DNA from: Sandaracinaceae bacterium
GTDB taxonomy: Bacteria; Myxococcota_A; Polyangia; Polyangiales; JAFGIB01
Length of the DNA: 64,000 nucleotides
Direction of reading: 5' to 3'
Assembly: GCA_017881055.1 (NCBI GenBank)
Contig: JADGRF010000013.1
Span: 75,201-139,200, forward strand
Shown: positions 49,901-59,200 of the stretch, piece after piece
Position numbering within the stretch: the stretch's first letter is position 1
Layout: every line of letters begins with the position of its first letter
The notes under the pieces: model-generated
Database searches by the model: none
The model's input: only the letters and a program-made list of their open reading frames with translations
Told to the model about the DNA's origin: nothing
Position numbers and translations under genes: made by a program

Positions 49901-50825
49901 GCACTACACGGGCTTCATCAGCGCTTACAAGCGGACGGCGATGCCGGATGAGCTCATCCAAGCGAACGTGAACGTGGGCCGCGCGTACCTCGCATTGGCC
50001 GACGTGGCGAACGCCGACAAGGCGAAGAAGCTCAAGGACAAAGACAAGGCAGCTTGGAAGCCGCTCTTGAGCAACACCAAGGCTGAGCCGTACTTCAAGG
50101 CGGCAGCGAAGATCTGGACCGACGGCGCACCGGAGGAGATTGCGAAATCCGAGCTCGCCGACGACGCCAAGGCCCACTCGCTCGCGTACGCGAAGATTGC
50201 CGTGGCGGAAGCCCTGTTCAATCTCGCGAACTCCGACTTCGACAAGTTCGCAGGGATCAAGTTCCCCGTGTTCAAGGCGACGGTCGGCGCGAAGGACAGC
50301 CTGGACAAGAAGAAGAAGGTCCAGGAGCAGTTCCAGAAGTGGATGGGCGAGGACTTCGTGAAGTGGATGGGCGAGAAGGCGAAAGCACTCGACCTCGCTC
50401 AGAAGTCGTACGAGAAGATCTCGGAGCTCAAGGTGCCGCAGTGGGACATCGCATCGGCGACCCGCATCGGCGACATGTACCTCTCCTTCGTCAACGACTT
50501 CCGCGATGCGCCGGTTCCGCCGACGCTGCAGGGCGATGACGAGCTGGTGGACATCTACTACCAGGGCTTGGACGAAGCCTCGAAGCCGTGGGTCGAGAAA
50601 GCCAAGAACGCCTACGAGTTCTGCTTGATCACCGCGACGAAAGTGCGTTGGTTCAACGAGTTCATGACCCAGTGCGAGGAAGAGCTGTTCAAGCTCGATC
50701 CCCGTCACTACCCACGTGCCGCGGAGCTCCGCGGTAGCGATACCTATACCTACAGCGCCGAAGCGAAACCGAGCGTCCTCGAGCTTGGTGGAACGGGCGA
50801 CGAAGACCTGGAGGGAGGCAAGTGA
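46989..50825 (+). CDS. gltD: Adventurous gliding motility TPR protein GltD (AgmU)
   Basis: About 1278 aa from ATG 46989; signal peptide, many TPRs, C-terminal KAKNAYEFCL..W...C; precedes gltE/F/G. Confidence 0.78.
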   Translation: MGRKPFSDLLAACVLALGVSAAASAAPHGVNTASAAPKKNSSKASSGKASSSSSSGSSGSSAAAPGENESDADESKDVSATMAGKGDICIAPDAPKRVAACPKNTPKAQKGKGGAPSSKLQEAKRKVEQPKGFKATGPSIELDVATLRNKEQTERKAKDLLLREIQVTGRLIKNTRVNDARRPDFLLRLAEGYFELVQVATTDVRKMDEPIHQACQAKKSKGDCSSLMKKQKDAETALQEVREKNITTLATLVKDHPDYKKMDEVLFSLGFSLDEMKQFDRARQVYHRLIKSYPQSDYIPNAYLSFAEYYFQQGDMKAAQQFYQKVTEIPPEKNKVYGYAIYKQAWCYYNLEDFKSSLQSFIETIEFGTKNPESPNVENLVKQSRKELVMPYAQIGSPERALDFFKRYAKDDDQAYGMFETLGELYFDTGKWPEVIAVYHGLMAEKSSDDKVCFWQTRVTNAIVSSKPKAQQVTEVERMIDLWETYNGQATHKEDAKKICKQAAASVLIDLATAWHREAIGTDTQPGTNDRGTMELASKLYRLLLKSFPDMESMEFPDIDKRDWPTEYKVAYFYAELLWKMENWGECGPAFDKVLEVNPQGEFTSDAAYAAVLCYNKQYASAYAADEKSVRGKSADKGSGKGKKGKKESDADKAAEFKAREFTQTEQGMLNAFQRYVCFVPDSEDLLQIKYRRARVYYETNHFEEASVLFKEIAFNGKDTDLGVYAANLYMDSLNMIGSYSDPKRPKCYDEMNDNIEPLFGLYCATPEKHESNAELCNVLEQLRCDLLRKKAEALQSNKEFKAAATVYVSIFRKFRECGKLDEVLFNSSINFEAARLLGRAIKVRKVLIDKYPNSEWSKRALYLIGANFHALAIYDTAADYYEQFATKYPSEDGKTCSDAEKSAGTCTVAHEALQNAIFFRLGLGDEEKAVEDAKTYERNYSHKFPRETSQVKYSLGSIYERQQDWNKVITHYTGFISAYKRTAMPDELIQANVNVGRAYLALADVANADKAKKLKDKDKAAWKPLLSNTKAEPYFKAAAKIWTDGAPEEIAKSELADDAKAHSLAYAKIAVAEALFNLANSDFDKFAGIKFPVFKATVGAKDSLDKKKKVQEQFQKWMGEDFVKWMGEKAKALDLAQKSYEKISELKVPQWDIASATRIGDMYLSFVNDFRDAPVPPTLQGDDELVDIYYQGLDEASKPWVEKAKNAYEFCLITATKVRWFNEFMTQCEEELFKLDPRHYPRAAELRGSDTYTYSAEAKPSVLELGGTGDEDLEGGK

Positions 50826-52324
50826 TGTCCCCAATCAAGACGCGTGGCTCTCTCTCTCTTCTCCTGGTCACCGTGGCTCTGTTTGCTGCCGCGTGCGGCG
50901 GCGGCAGCAGCGCAGCGGGCGGCGGCGGCGGATCGACTCCGGCAGCTGTCGTTGGCGGCAAGCAGATCAAGACTGCGGGCGGTCAATCGGTCAGTGTCGA
51001 AGCGCATAACAAGTGGCAAGAAGGCTTGAAGCTGTTCAAGAGCTACGACGCCACCAAGGGCTCGTGGACTTCGGGCCATTGCGACGATGTCGCAGGCAAA
51101 TTCGAAGATGCCGCGTCTGCGCAGCCGAAGTTCGCGGAAGCTCTGTACATGCAGGGCCTCGCGAACGATCGCTGTGGTCGTAAGGACAAGGCGCAGAAGC
51201 TGTACGGCGACGCGGTGCGCGCCAATCCGAAGTTCTGCAAAGCGCGGGTCGCGATCGCACTCGACCATCTGCACTCGGGCCAGGACTCGCAGGCCGAGGG
51301 CGAGTTCGGTCAGTCGGTGCAAGACGACCCGCAGTGCACCGAGGGCTACGTGAACCTGGCGATCATGCAGCGCAAGCGCGGCATCGCCGGCAACAAGGAC
51401 GCGCTCTCGAACCTGCGTCGTGCGCTCGCAATCGACGCGCAGTATCTGCCAGCGTTCAACGAGATGGCGCTGCTCTACTTGAGCGAGGCAGCTGACAACA
51501 CGAAGAAGCTCGACCTTGCAGAGGTCGTGTGCTCGCAGGCGCAGAAGATCAACGCGAACTACGCGCCGATCTACAACACCTGGGGCCTGGTCGATCTGCA
51601 GCGCGACAAGATCATCGACGCGTCGGCGAAGTTCCAGAAGGCGCTCGAGCTCGACGACAAGATGTTCGAGGCGTACATGAACTTCGCGCGCATCACGATC
51701 GGCTTCCGCGGCTACGAAGACGCCAAGGCCGCCTACGAGAAGGCGCTCTCGCTTCAGCCGAAGAACTTCGAGGCTCAGCTGGGTCTCGGCGTCGCGCTGC
51801 GCGGCCTCTCGGACAACGCGAAGGCGCAGGACGCGTACGAGAAGGCGGAGAAGCTCCAGCCGAATCGGCCCGAGCCTTACTACAACCTCGGCGTGCTCCA
51901 TCAGGACTTCATGGATGGCAGCGCGGACGAGATGAAGAAGGCGCGCGGCTTCTATCAGGACTTCCTGACGCGCGCTGGATCCGACAAGCGTTACTCGGCC
52001 GCGATCGACGACGTGACGCGTAAGTGCAAGGTCGAGGGCAAGAAGCGCGGATCCGGTCGCAGCGCGTGCATCTCGGGTCGCTTGCAGAACATCGATCTCT
52101 ACCTCGACACCATGAAGCAGATGGCCGAGATGGAGAAGATGCAGAAGGAACAGGAGAAGCAGGCCGCCGCGCTCGAAGCTCAGGAGGCGAAGGAAAAAGC
52201 TGCCGCCGACAAGGCTGCCGCCGCTGCCCCGAAACCCGACGACAAGAAGCCTGCGGGTCCGGGCGCTGCCCCGCCGGCGGCCGGCGACGGAGCTACCAAG
52301 GACGCGCCCAAGAAGGGCAAGTGA
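50822..52324 (+). CDS. gltE: Adventurous gliding motility TPR lipoprotein GltE (AglT)
   Basis: Lipobox AAAC, TPRs, EPYYNLGVL; operon position. Confidence 0.78.
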   Translation: MMSPIKTRGSLSLLLVTVALFAAACGGGSSAAGGGGGSTPAAVVGGKQIKTAGGQSVSVEAHNKWQEGLKLFKSYDATKGSWTSGHCDDVAGKFEDAASAQPKFAEALYMQGLANDRCGRKDKAQKLYGDAVRANPKFCKARVAIALDHLHSGQDSQAEGEFGQSVQDDPQCTEGYVNLAIMQRKRGIAGNKDALSNLRRALAIDAQYLPAFNEMALLYLSEAADNTKKLDLAEVVCSQAQKINANYAPIYNTWGLVDLQRDKIIDASAKFQKALELDDKMFEAYMNFARITIGFRGYEDAKAAYEKALSLQPKNFEAQLGLGVALRGLSDNAKAQDAYEKAEKLQPNRPEPYYNLGVLHQDFMDGSADEMKKARGFYQDFLTRAGSDKRYSAAIDDVTRKCKVEGKKRGSGRSACISGRLQNIDLYLDTMKQMAEMEKMQKEQEKQAAALEAQEAKEKAAADKAAAAAPKPDDKKPAGPGAAPPAAGDGATKDAPKKGK

Positions 52325-52512
52325 CATCGCGGCTCGGGGGATCCTCCCGGATTAGTCGGGAACCTTCGGGCCGTTCTGTTGTCTCACTGTCCTGTGAAGG
52401 ATTCGTACATAGAAACGCGGAATTTGAGGAAAAACTCGCGTGGTCGTGTTGTTGGTGTGGGTGTTGGCGAATAGGATGCCCCCCGTAGTGGGTCATTGCA
52501 GGAGAGACCGTC

Positions 52513-52785
52513 ATGAAGAAGCTCTTTTTGTTCGCGATGTTGGTCGGTGGGCCGGTGGCAGTGGCGACGCCGGCGTTCGCCGCGGATCCAGCTCCGGCCG
52601 CGGGTGGCGAGGCCGCGGGTGGCAGCACGACGTCGTACAACTTCGATGACGACCTCGTTCAGGGCGACCTGGTTCGTCCCGATGGCGAGAACCTGATGGT
52701 GCGCCGCCGCGGCGCGCGCGAGTCGTTGATCAAGATTCGCGAGCACTTCGTGCCCGAGCTGCTGAAGTCAGTCGAAAATCTGTAG
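52513..52785 (+). CDS. gltF: Adventurous gliding motility protein GltF (CglF)
   Basis: 90 aa, signal peptide, YNFDDDLVQGDLVRPDG..SLIKIREHFVPELLKSVENL. Confidence 0.85.
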   Translation: MKKLFLFAMLVGGPVAVATPAFAADPAPAAGGEAAGGSTTSYNFDDDLVQGDLVRPDGENLMVRRRGARESLIKIREHFVPELLKSVENL

Positions 52786-52857
52786 TCGTCGCTAGCGCCG
52801 ACGCGGCGTTCCAGCAGACGGACTGCACACGTTTCATTTTCTAGATTCGTTCTACGT

Positions 52858-54969
52858 TTGGAGGCTGTGGTGCCGATTCCGATTACGTTTCACATCTTTC
52901 AGGGTGACCAGGTCGAGCGCACCGAAACGCTCGCACAGGACGTCATCAAGATCGGCAAGCTCGACTCGAGCCACTTGAAGATCGACGACGAAGGCGTCTC
53001 GCGCATGCACTCGGTGATCGAGGTGTCGGGACACGGCGAGGTCTTCATCATCGATCTCGGGTCTGCGACGGGCACGATCGTCAACGGTCAGCGCGTGAAC
53101 AAAACGCGCCTCGAGACCGGCGATCAGCTCCAGTTCGGCAGCACGCGGGTTGCGATCGAGATCGGCGAAGCGGTGCAGGCGGAAGCGCCGCGTCAGCCAG
53201 CGTCGATGTCGCGTCCGCCTCAGGCACAAGCCGCGTTGCCGAATCCGTTCGGCGCACCTGCCCAAGGCAGCGCACCGGGCTTTGGTGCAGCGCCGGGTCT
53301 GCCGAATCCGTTCCAGACGCAAGCCGGTTATGCTGCGCCGCAGCAGAGCTATGGCCAGCCCGCCTACGCGCAGCAAGACTACGGTCACCAAGTCTACGGT
53401 CAACAAGACTACGGTCAGCAAGCCTACGGCCACCAGGAGCACCAGTACGAGCACGACGGTGACGTGGACAGCGAGCACGTCATGTACCAGCTCGTGCCGC
53501 AGACGCCACCTGTGAATCCGGCGGACGTCGACAGCGGCGAGTCCGCGGTCGAGGTCGTGATCCTGTGGGGCGAGCTGAGCATCCTACACGTCGAGCACTT
53601 GTCGCCGCCGCGCGCGTTCTACGTGGGCGATGCAACTGACGGCAAGGGCAAGTCCACGACGGACTACCTGATCGGCAGCGAGAGCCTCGGCACCGAGCGC
53701 TTCCCGGTCGTCGTCGAATCGGGCTCGACCGTCGCAGTCACGATCCCGAACGGCGCAACGGGTGACATCACCGTCGGCAACCAGCAAATCACGGTCGAGG
53801 AGCTCGCTGCGCAAGGCCAGTTGCAAGCCTCGGCCGAGCTGGCGGGCGCCAAGCAGTACCCGCTGCCGGCGGGTGCGACCGCGCGCATTCAATACCGCAA
53901 CTTCACGTTCATCGTTAAGCCGACGTCGGCAGCGCGCCGCGTCGGGATCGGTGAAGGTCATCGCATCGACTGGATGGGCTATGTCTGGACGATCGCGTCG
54001 ATGGCGCTGCACATTGGCCTTCTGCTGCTCTTCTACTTCCTGCCCCCGCGCTCTTCCTCGCTGTCGCTCGATCTCCTCAACGCCGACTCGCGCTTGGTCA
54101 AGTACTTGATCGAGCCGCCGGAGACCATGGAGGAGGAAACTCCCGAGTGGCTGCAGGAGAACAAGGACGACGACGAGGGCGGCAAGGGCAAGAAGCACAA
54201 AGACGACGAAGGCCAGATGGGCAAGAAGGACGAGAAGAAGACCAAAAACAAGTTTGGTATTCAGGGTCCTCAAGATAACCAAGATCCCCACATGGCTCGC
54301 GACGAGGCTAAGGAAGCCGCGGCGAACGCCGGCATCATCGGCATCCTGAAGGCGAACGTCGGTTCGTTCGATTCGCCTACCTCTCCTTACGGTAAGGACT
54401 CGGCGCTCGGCGCCGACCCGATGAGCGCGCTCGGTGCGCTCATGGGCGACCAAATCGGTGGCAACTTCGGCTTCGGCGGTCTCGGCCTGCGGGGTACCGG
54501 TCGCGGCGGCGGTGGTACCGGCGAAGGCACCATCGGCCTCGGCAACATCGGCACGATCGGCCATGGCGCCGGCGGCGGCACGGGCTCGGGCTACGGCAGC
54601 GGCGCGGGTGGTTTCCACGGTCGTGACGCCAAGGTGCCCCGCATTCGCAGCGGCCAGGCGGACGTCCATGGTTCGCTGTCCAAGGAAGTCATTCGCCGTA
54701 TCATCGGCCGTCATATCAACGAGATTCGGTTCTGCTACGAGCAGGAGCTGAACACGCGTCCGGACCTGCAGGGCCGCGTCTCGATCAAGTTCATCATCTC
54801 GCCAACGGGCGCCGTGCAGACGGCTGCCGTCGACAACTCGGACCTCGGTAACGCGAAGGTGGAGCAGTGCATGGCGCAGGCCGTGCGTCGCTGGACCTTT
54901 CCGGCGCCTGAAGGCGGCGGCATCGTCGTGGTCAGCTATCCGTTCGTGCTCGCACAGACCGGCGGCTGA
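52858..54969 (+). CDS. gltG: GltG: FHA domain, TM helix and TonB/TolA-like C-terminus
   Basis: IKIGKL..VSRMHSVI..DLGS..GT.VNG FHA; single TM; Gly-rich linker; GSLSKEVIRRII..CYE..RVSIKF..G.V TonB_C; true start may be GTG 52870. Confidence 0.85.
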   Translation: MEAVVPIPITFHIFQGDQVERTETLAQDVIKIGKLDSSHLKIDDEGVSRMHSVIEVSGHGEVFIIDLGSATGTIVNGQRVNKTRLETGDQLQFGSTRVAIEIGEAVQAEAPRQPASMSRPPQAQAALPNPFGAPAQGSAPGFGAAPGLPNPFQTQAGYAAPQQSYGQPAYAQQDYGHQVYGQQDYGQQAYGHQEHQYEHDGDVDSEHVMYQLVPQTPPVNPADVDSGESAVEVVILWGELSILHVEHLSPPRAFYVGDATDGKGKSTTDYLIGSESLGTERFPVVVESGSTVAVTIPNGATGDITVGNQQITVEELAAQGQLQASAELAGAKQYPLPAGATARIQYRNFTFIVKPTSAARRVGIGEGHRIDWMGYVWTIASMALHIGLLLLFYFLPPRSSSLSLDLLNADSRLVKYLIEPPETMEEETPEWLQENKDDDEGGKGKKHKDDEGQMGKKDEKKTKNKFGIQGPQDNQDPHMARDEAKEAAANAGIIGILKANVGSFDSPTSPYGKDSALGADPMSALGALMGDQIGGNFGFGGLGLRGTGRGGGGTGEGTIGLGNIGTIGHGAGGGTGSGYGSGAGGFHGRDAKVPRIRSGQADVHGSLSKEVIRRIIGRHINEIRFCYEQELNTRPDLQGRVSIKFIISPTGAVQTAAVDNSDLGNAKVEQCMAQAVRRWTFPAPEGGGIVVVSYPFVLAQTGG
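53341..53430 (+). repeat. Six 15-nt coding repeats, (Q/H)-x-x-Y-G/A pentapeptides
   Basis: QQSYG QPAYA QQDYG HQVYG QQDYG QQAYG. Confidence 0.8.
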
Positions 54970-54976
54970 TGTTTTC

Positions 54977-55070
54977 ACATACCCACGAAGCAGCCTTCGG
55001 ATCTTCCTTCGGCTCTTCGCGGGTGACATGCCCGCGAAGTAGCCTTCGGTTTTTCCTTCGGCTCTTCGCG
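54977..55070 (+). repeat. Two tandem 49-nt palindromic elements (family 1, extended loop) just after the gltG stop
   Basis: ACATRCCCRCGAAG-YAGCC-TTCGGWTYTTCCTTC-GGCT-CTTCGCG x2. Confidence 0.88.
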
Positions 55071-55095
55071 TAGGGAGTGTCCGTGTCTGACAATC

Positions 55096-55135
55096 GAGCG
55101 GAACCTCGACCCGAGGCTCCGCTCTTTGTTTTTTT
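55096..55135 (+). terminator. Intrinsic terminator after gltG
   Basis: GAGCGGA-A-CCTCG-ACC-CGAGG-C-TCCGCTC followed by TTTGTTTTTTT. Confidence 0.85.
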
Positions 55136-55225
55136 GCTCGTGTTTCTATTCGTGAATTTGCGGTTGAGGTTCTGGGGCGGACTCCCGTACGCTCCCAGGG
55201 CCGCCTTTCTGAAGGAGCCATCCAG

Positions 55226-56119
55226 ATGAAGCGTGTTCAATTGGTCGGAGTGGGTATCGCCACGTTGCTGATCTCCATGGCAGGCGACTGCTCGCGGGCC
55301 CGCGTCGAATCCATCAACAAGATGAACGAAGGCGTTACTGCGGCTGTGCAGAAGCGCTACGCCGACGCTACCAAGTTGCTCGAGAGCGCGGCCGTCGTCG
55401 ATCCCGAGAACGACCAAGTGTTCTGGAACTTGTCGCTCGTGCACATGGAGCTGCACAAGTTTGACAAGGCGCGCGACGATCTGAACAAAGCCATCGCGCT
55501 CAACGCGAAGTCGGGCGGCTACCAAGAGAAGCTCGGCACGATTCTGATCGAGCTCAAGGACTGGGCTGCTGCCAAGTCCGCGTTCGAGAAGGCGATCGAG
55601 CTCGAGCCTGGGCTGTTCAAGGCGTACTACAAGCTGGCGCAGGTGAACGAGCAGCTCGACGATCAACAGAGCGCGCTCAAGAACTACACGACGGCGATCG
55701 ACAAGGGGTCGCGGTTCCTCGAGGCGTACAATGCGCTCGGTCGGTTGTACGCGGACCTCGGTTACCTCGATCAGTCGGTGCAGGTGCTTCAGGAGGCGAT
55801 GAAGGTCGCTCTGCCGGGCACGGAAGAAGAAGCGCAGGCGCATCATCTTCTCGGCACGGTTTATCAGCAGCAGAAGAAGTATGATGACGCGGTGCGCGAG
55901 TTCAAAGCCGCGCTCGATGTCGTTCCGGGGATGCGTGATGCGCTCTTCTCTCTCGGCTGGACGTACCAGCTGCAGGGCAACAAAGAAGAGGCCAAGCGCT
56001 ACCTGCAGAAGTTCGTGGACGTGGCGGGCGCCGAGGCGCCTGCGCACTACGTGAAGGCCGCGCGTGACAAGATTGCCGAGATGGCGGAGGGCTTCGCAAC
56101 CTCCGCTTCGAATCAGTAG
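55226..56119 (+). CDS. Exported TPR-repeat protein
   Basis: AAGGAG RBS; signal peptide ending AGDC; tandem TPRs. Confidence 0.85.
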   Translation: MKRVQLVGVGIATLLISMAGDCSRARVESINKMNEGVTAAVQKRYADATKLLESAAVVDPENDQVFWNLSLVHMELHKFDKARDDLNKAIALNAKSGGYQEKLGTILIELKDWAAAKSAFEKAIELEPGLFKAYYKLAQVNEQLDDQQSALKNYTTAIDKGSRFLEAYNALGRLYADLGYLDQSVQVLQEAMKVALPGTEEEAQAHHLLGTVYQQQKKYDDAVREFKAALDVVPGMRDALFSLGWTYQLQGNKEEAKRYLQKFVDVAGAEAPAHYVKAARDKIAEMAEGFATSASNQ

Positions 56120-56126
56120 TGGGTTC

Positions 56127-56187
56127 GCGAGCACGCTCGCGGCCTACGTGCTTGGGTTGGCGAGCACGCTTGCGGCTAGCGTGCTCT
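56127..56187. repeat. Two tandem hairpins (33-nt period), distinct from families 1 and 2
   Basis: GAGCACG-CTCGCGGCCTA-CGTGCTT and GAGCACGCT-TGCGGCT-AGCGTGCTC. Confidence 0.7.
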
Positions 56188-56209
56188 AAGCGGATCTCAG
56201 GAGGCTTCG

Positions 56210-59200
56210 GTGTCGGATAACGACGGTTCTGTTTCCAGTCAGGCCGAGGAGGAAGTACACAATTCAGGGGCCCAGAGCGCGGGGAACGGCGCGGGTGCCA
56301 CTGGCAATCCCGGGCCCGCTGCCGTCGCTGGCGGTGTAGCCGAGAAACGCGAGCTGACCGACGCCGATCACAAGAAGGTCGCCGAGTTGTCGGACGCGAT
56401 CGAAAAGTTCACCGCGCAGAAGCGCTGGTCGGACGTGATCAAGTCGACGCTCCAGAAGGCCGAGATCGTCGTCGATCCCGCGCAGAAGGTGGAGCTGTTT
56501 GCCGAAGCCGGGCGCATGTATATCGAGCGCTCGTCGAACCAGGCGGAGGCGATCAAGTGCTTCTCGCGCGTGCTGGAGATCGATCGCTCGAACATCGAAG
56601 CGATCACGCATCTCAAGGACATGTACGAGAAACGGCGCGACTGGGAACGCCTAGTCGACGTGATGCGTGCGGAATGCGACCTGCTCGACGCCAGCGATCA
56701 GCCTGCGCGGCGCCTGGAGATCGCGCAGCTCGCGAACGAGAAACTGCGTAAGCCGAACGTTTGCATCGACCTGTGGAAGGACGTGGTCGCGGTCGACGGC
56801 GAAAACCCGGAAGCGCTGAACGCTCTGTCGGGCCTGTACGAGCGCGCGCGCGAGTGGGCGCCGCTTGCGGACGTGCTCGACAAGCAGAGCCAGCTCGCGA
56901 AGAGCCCTGCGGACCAAGTCGCGATCCTGCAGAAGCTCGGTAACGTGTACTCGGAGAAGCTTCAGGACGACGACGGCGCGCTCGGCGCGTACAAGCGTCT
57001 GCTCGAGCTCGATCCGAACGACCGTCGTGCGCAGGAGCAGCTCAAGAAGCGCTGGGTTGCGACGGGCGCGTGGGACGAGCTCGAAGCGTTCTATGAGGCA
57101 ACTGACAAGCTCGACGAGCTGATCCGTACGCTGGAACGCGCCGCGGACGCCACCACGGCCGAGCTGGCGGAGCGCATCGCGCTGCACTTCCGGATTGCGC
57201 GCCTGTGGCAAGAGAAGAAGGGTGCGGCGGATCGCGCTGCGCGTGCGTACGAGAAGGTGCTCACGCTCGATGCGAGCAACCTGCAGGCAGCCGAGGCGCT
57301 GTCTCCGATCTACGAGCAAGCGGGCGACGCCAAGAAGCTCGTCTCCGTGTGCGAAGTGCGACGCGGCCACGCGGAGGATCCCGATGCGCGCGTGGTGCTG
57401 CTGCGCGAGATCGGCCTTCTGTACGAGGAGAAGCTGCGTAACCCGCAGCTGGCGTTCGATCGCTTCTTGGAAGCCTTCGTGGTCGATCCGAAGCAAGACG
57501 TGTTGCGCGACGACCTCGAGCGCTTGGCCGGCAAGGTCAACGGCTGGGATCGCGTGTTTGCTGCGTTCGACAAGGCGATCGAGGACGCCGGCCATCCGGA
57601 CGACGCCAACGATCTGCGTCTGCACTACGGTCGCGCGCTCGCGAGTCAAGGCAAAGGTCCCGAGGCGACCAAGCAGTTCCGCGCCGTGTACGACGACCGC
57701 GCGGATGACGCCGCCGCGATCGCTGCGTTGGAGAAGCTGTATCGCGAGGCGGGCGACTTCCAGAATTTGCTCGGGGTTTTGTTGCGTCGCTCGGAGCTCG
57801 AGTCGGATGTCGAGACGCGCAAGGCTCTCGCGTACGGCATCGCGAAGCTCTGGCACGAGAATCTGAAGAACGCCGAGCAGGCCATCGAGGCCTACAAGAA
57901 CATCCCGATCGAGTTCGGCGAGGGTGAGGTCGAGGCGTATCGCGCGCTCGATTCGCTCTACGAGCAAGAGGAGCGCTTCGACGACCTCACGCAGACGCTC
58001 GAGCATCGCATCGACATGGGGCCCAGCTCGGACGAAGAGCTGGCGGGCCTGAAGTTCCGCTTGGCGGGTGCGCTGCATCTGCACCTCGGTGACAAGGCGC
58101 GCGCGATCGACCTGTATCGCGAAGTGCTCACGCTCGTGCCCGATCACGACGGCGCGCTCGGCGCGCTCGAATCGCTGCTCGACGACAAAGAGCTGGGTGG
58201 CCAGGCCGCGGGGATTCTCGTCGAGCTCTACGAAGGTCGCAGCGAGTGGGCGAAGCTCGTCACCGCGCTCGAGGTCTTGCTCGAGTTCACGTCCGAGGTT
58301 GATCAACGCATCGATCTGATCACGAAGATGGGCGAAGTTCGCGCCGAGCAGCTCGGCGATGGTGCTGGTGCGTTCACAGCGTATTGCCGTGCGTTCGAAG
58401 AAGCGCCGGACAACCTCGGGATCGTGGCGCGCTTGGAAGTGCTCGCGAAGGAGCAGAAGCGCCTTGGTGACATGGTGCGTTTGGTCGAGGCGCGTGCTGC
58501 GAAGATCGAAGATCAGGCGCTGGTCCGTCAGCTGCTGATCAAGGCCGCTGGGCTCTACGACAACGAGCTGGGAGACGTCGAAGCGGCCGTCAAGGCGTAC
58601 ATGACGGCGCTCGAGCGTGATCCGGGCGACGAGGAGATCCTCGGCGCGCTCGAAACGCTGTACCGGCGCACCGAGCGTTGGCGTGACCTGCTCGACGTGC
58701 TGCGTCGTCGCGCGTCGATCACGTCGAACCCGGCGGTGCAAGAGCAGCTGCTCGCGCAGATGGCGTTCATTCACGACGAGATGCTGAGTGAGCCGGATGC
58801 GGCGATTCGCATCTACGCGGAGATTCTCGAGCTGGATCCGGCGAGTCGTACGGCGCTCACTGCGCTCGATTCGCTCTACGAGCGGCAGAAGATGTGGAGC
58901 GAGCTGGCGGACAACGTCAACCGCCAGCTCTCTCTTGCCGAAGGCAGTGAAGAGCAGATTTCCTTGATGCTGCGCTTGGGCCTTCTGCGCGAGACGCGCA
59001 TGAACGCGCCCGAGGCTGCGATCGAGATCTATCGCGAGATCTTGGAGCGCGATCCGTCGCATTCCGAGGCGCGTGGCGCGCTCGAGCGGCTGATCGAGCG
59101 TCCTCCGTATCAGGTGCAGATCGCGGAGATCCTCGAGCCGCTGTACCGCGATGCGAACGAGTATCAGAAGCTGATCGGTATTCACGACATCCAGGTGAAG

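Noticed and set aside
46968-50834. Long antisense or alternative-frame ORFs (for example 1288 aa at 46968-50834, 863 aa at 33232-35823, 862 aa at 56651-59239, 804 aa at 11144-13558)
   Set aside because: Shadow ORFs of real genes in a high-GC genome. They have no motifs and Arg/Ala-rich composition. Only the 3' part of the 804-aa ORF (from 11831) is a real CDS.
52464-52480. Possible sigma54 promoter upstream of gltF (TTGGC-N-TGC with GG-N10-GC spacing)
   Set aside because: Spacing fits, but the match to TGGCACG-N4-TTGC is poor; not supportable without transcription start data.
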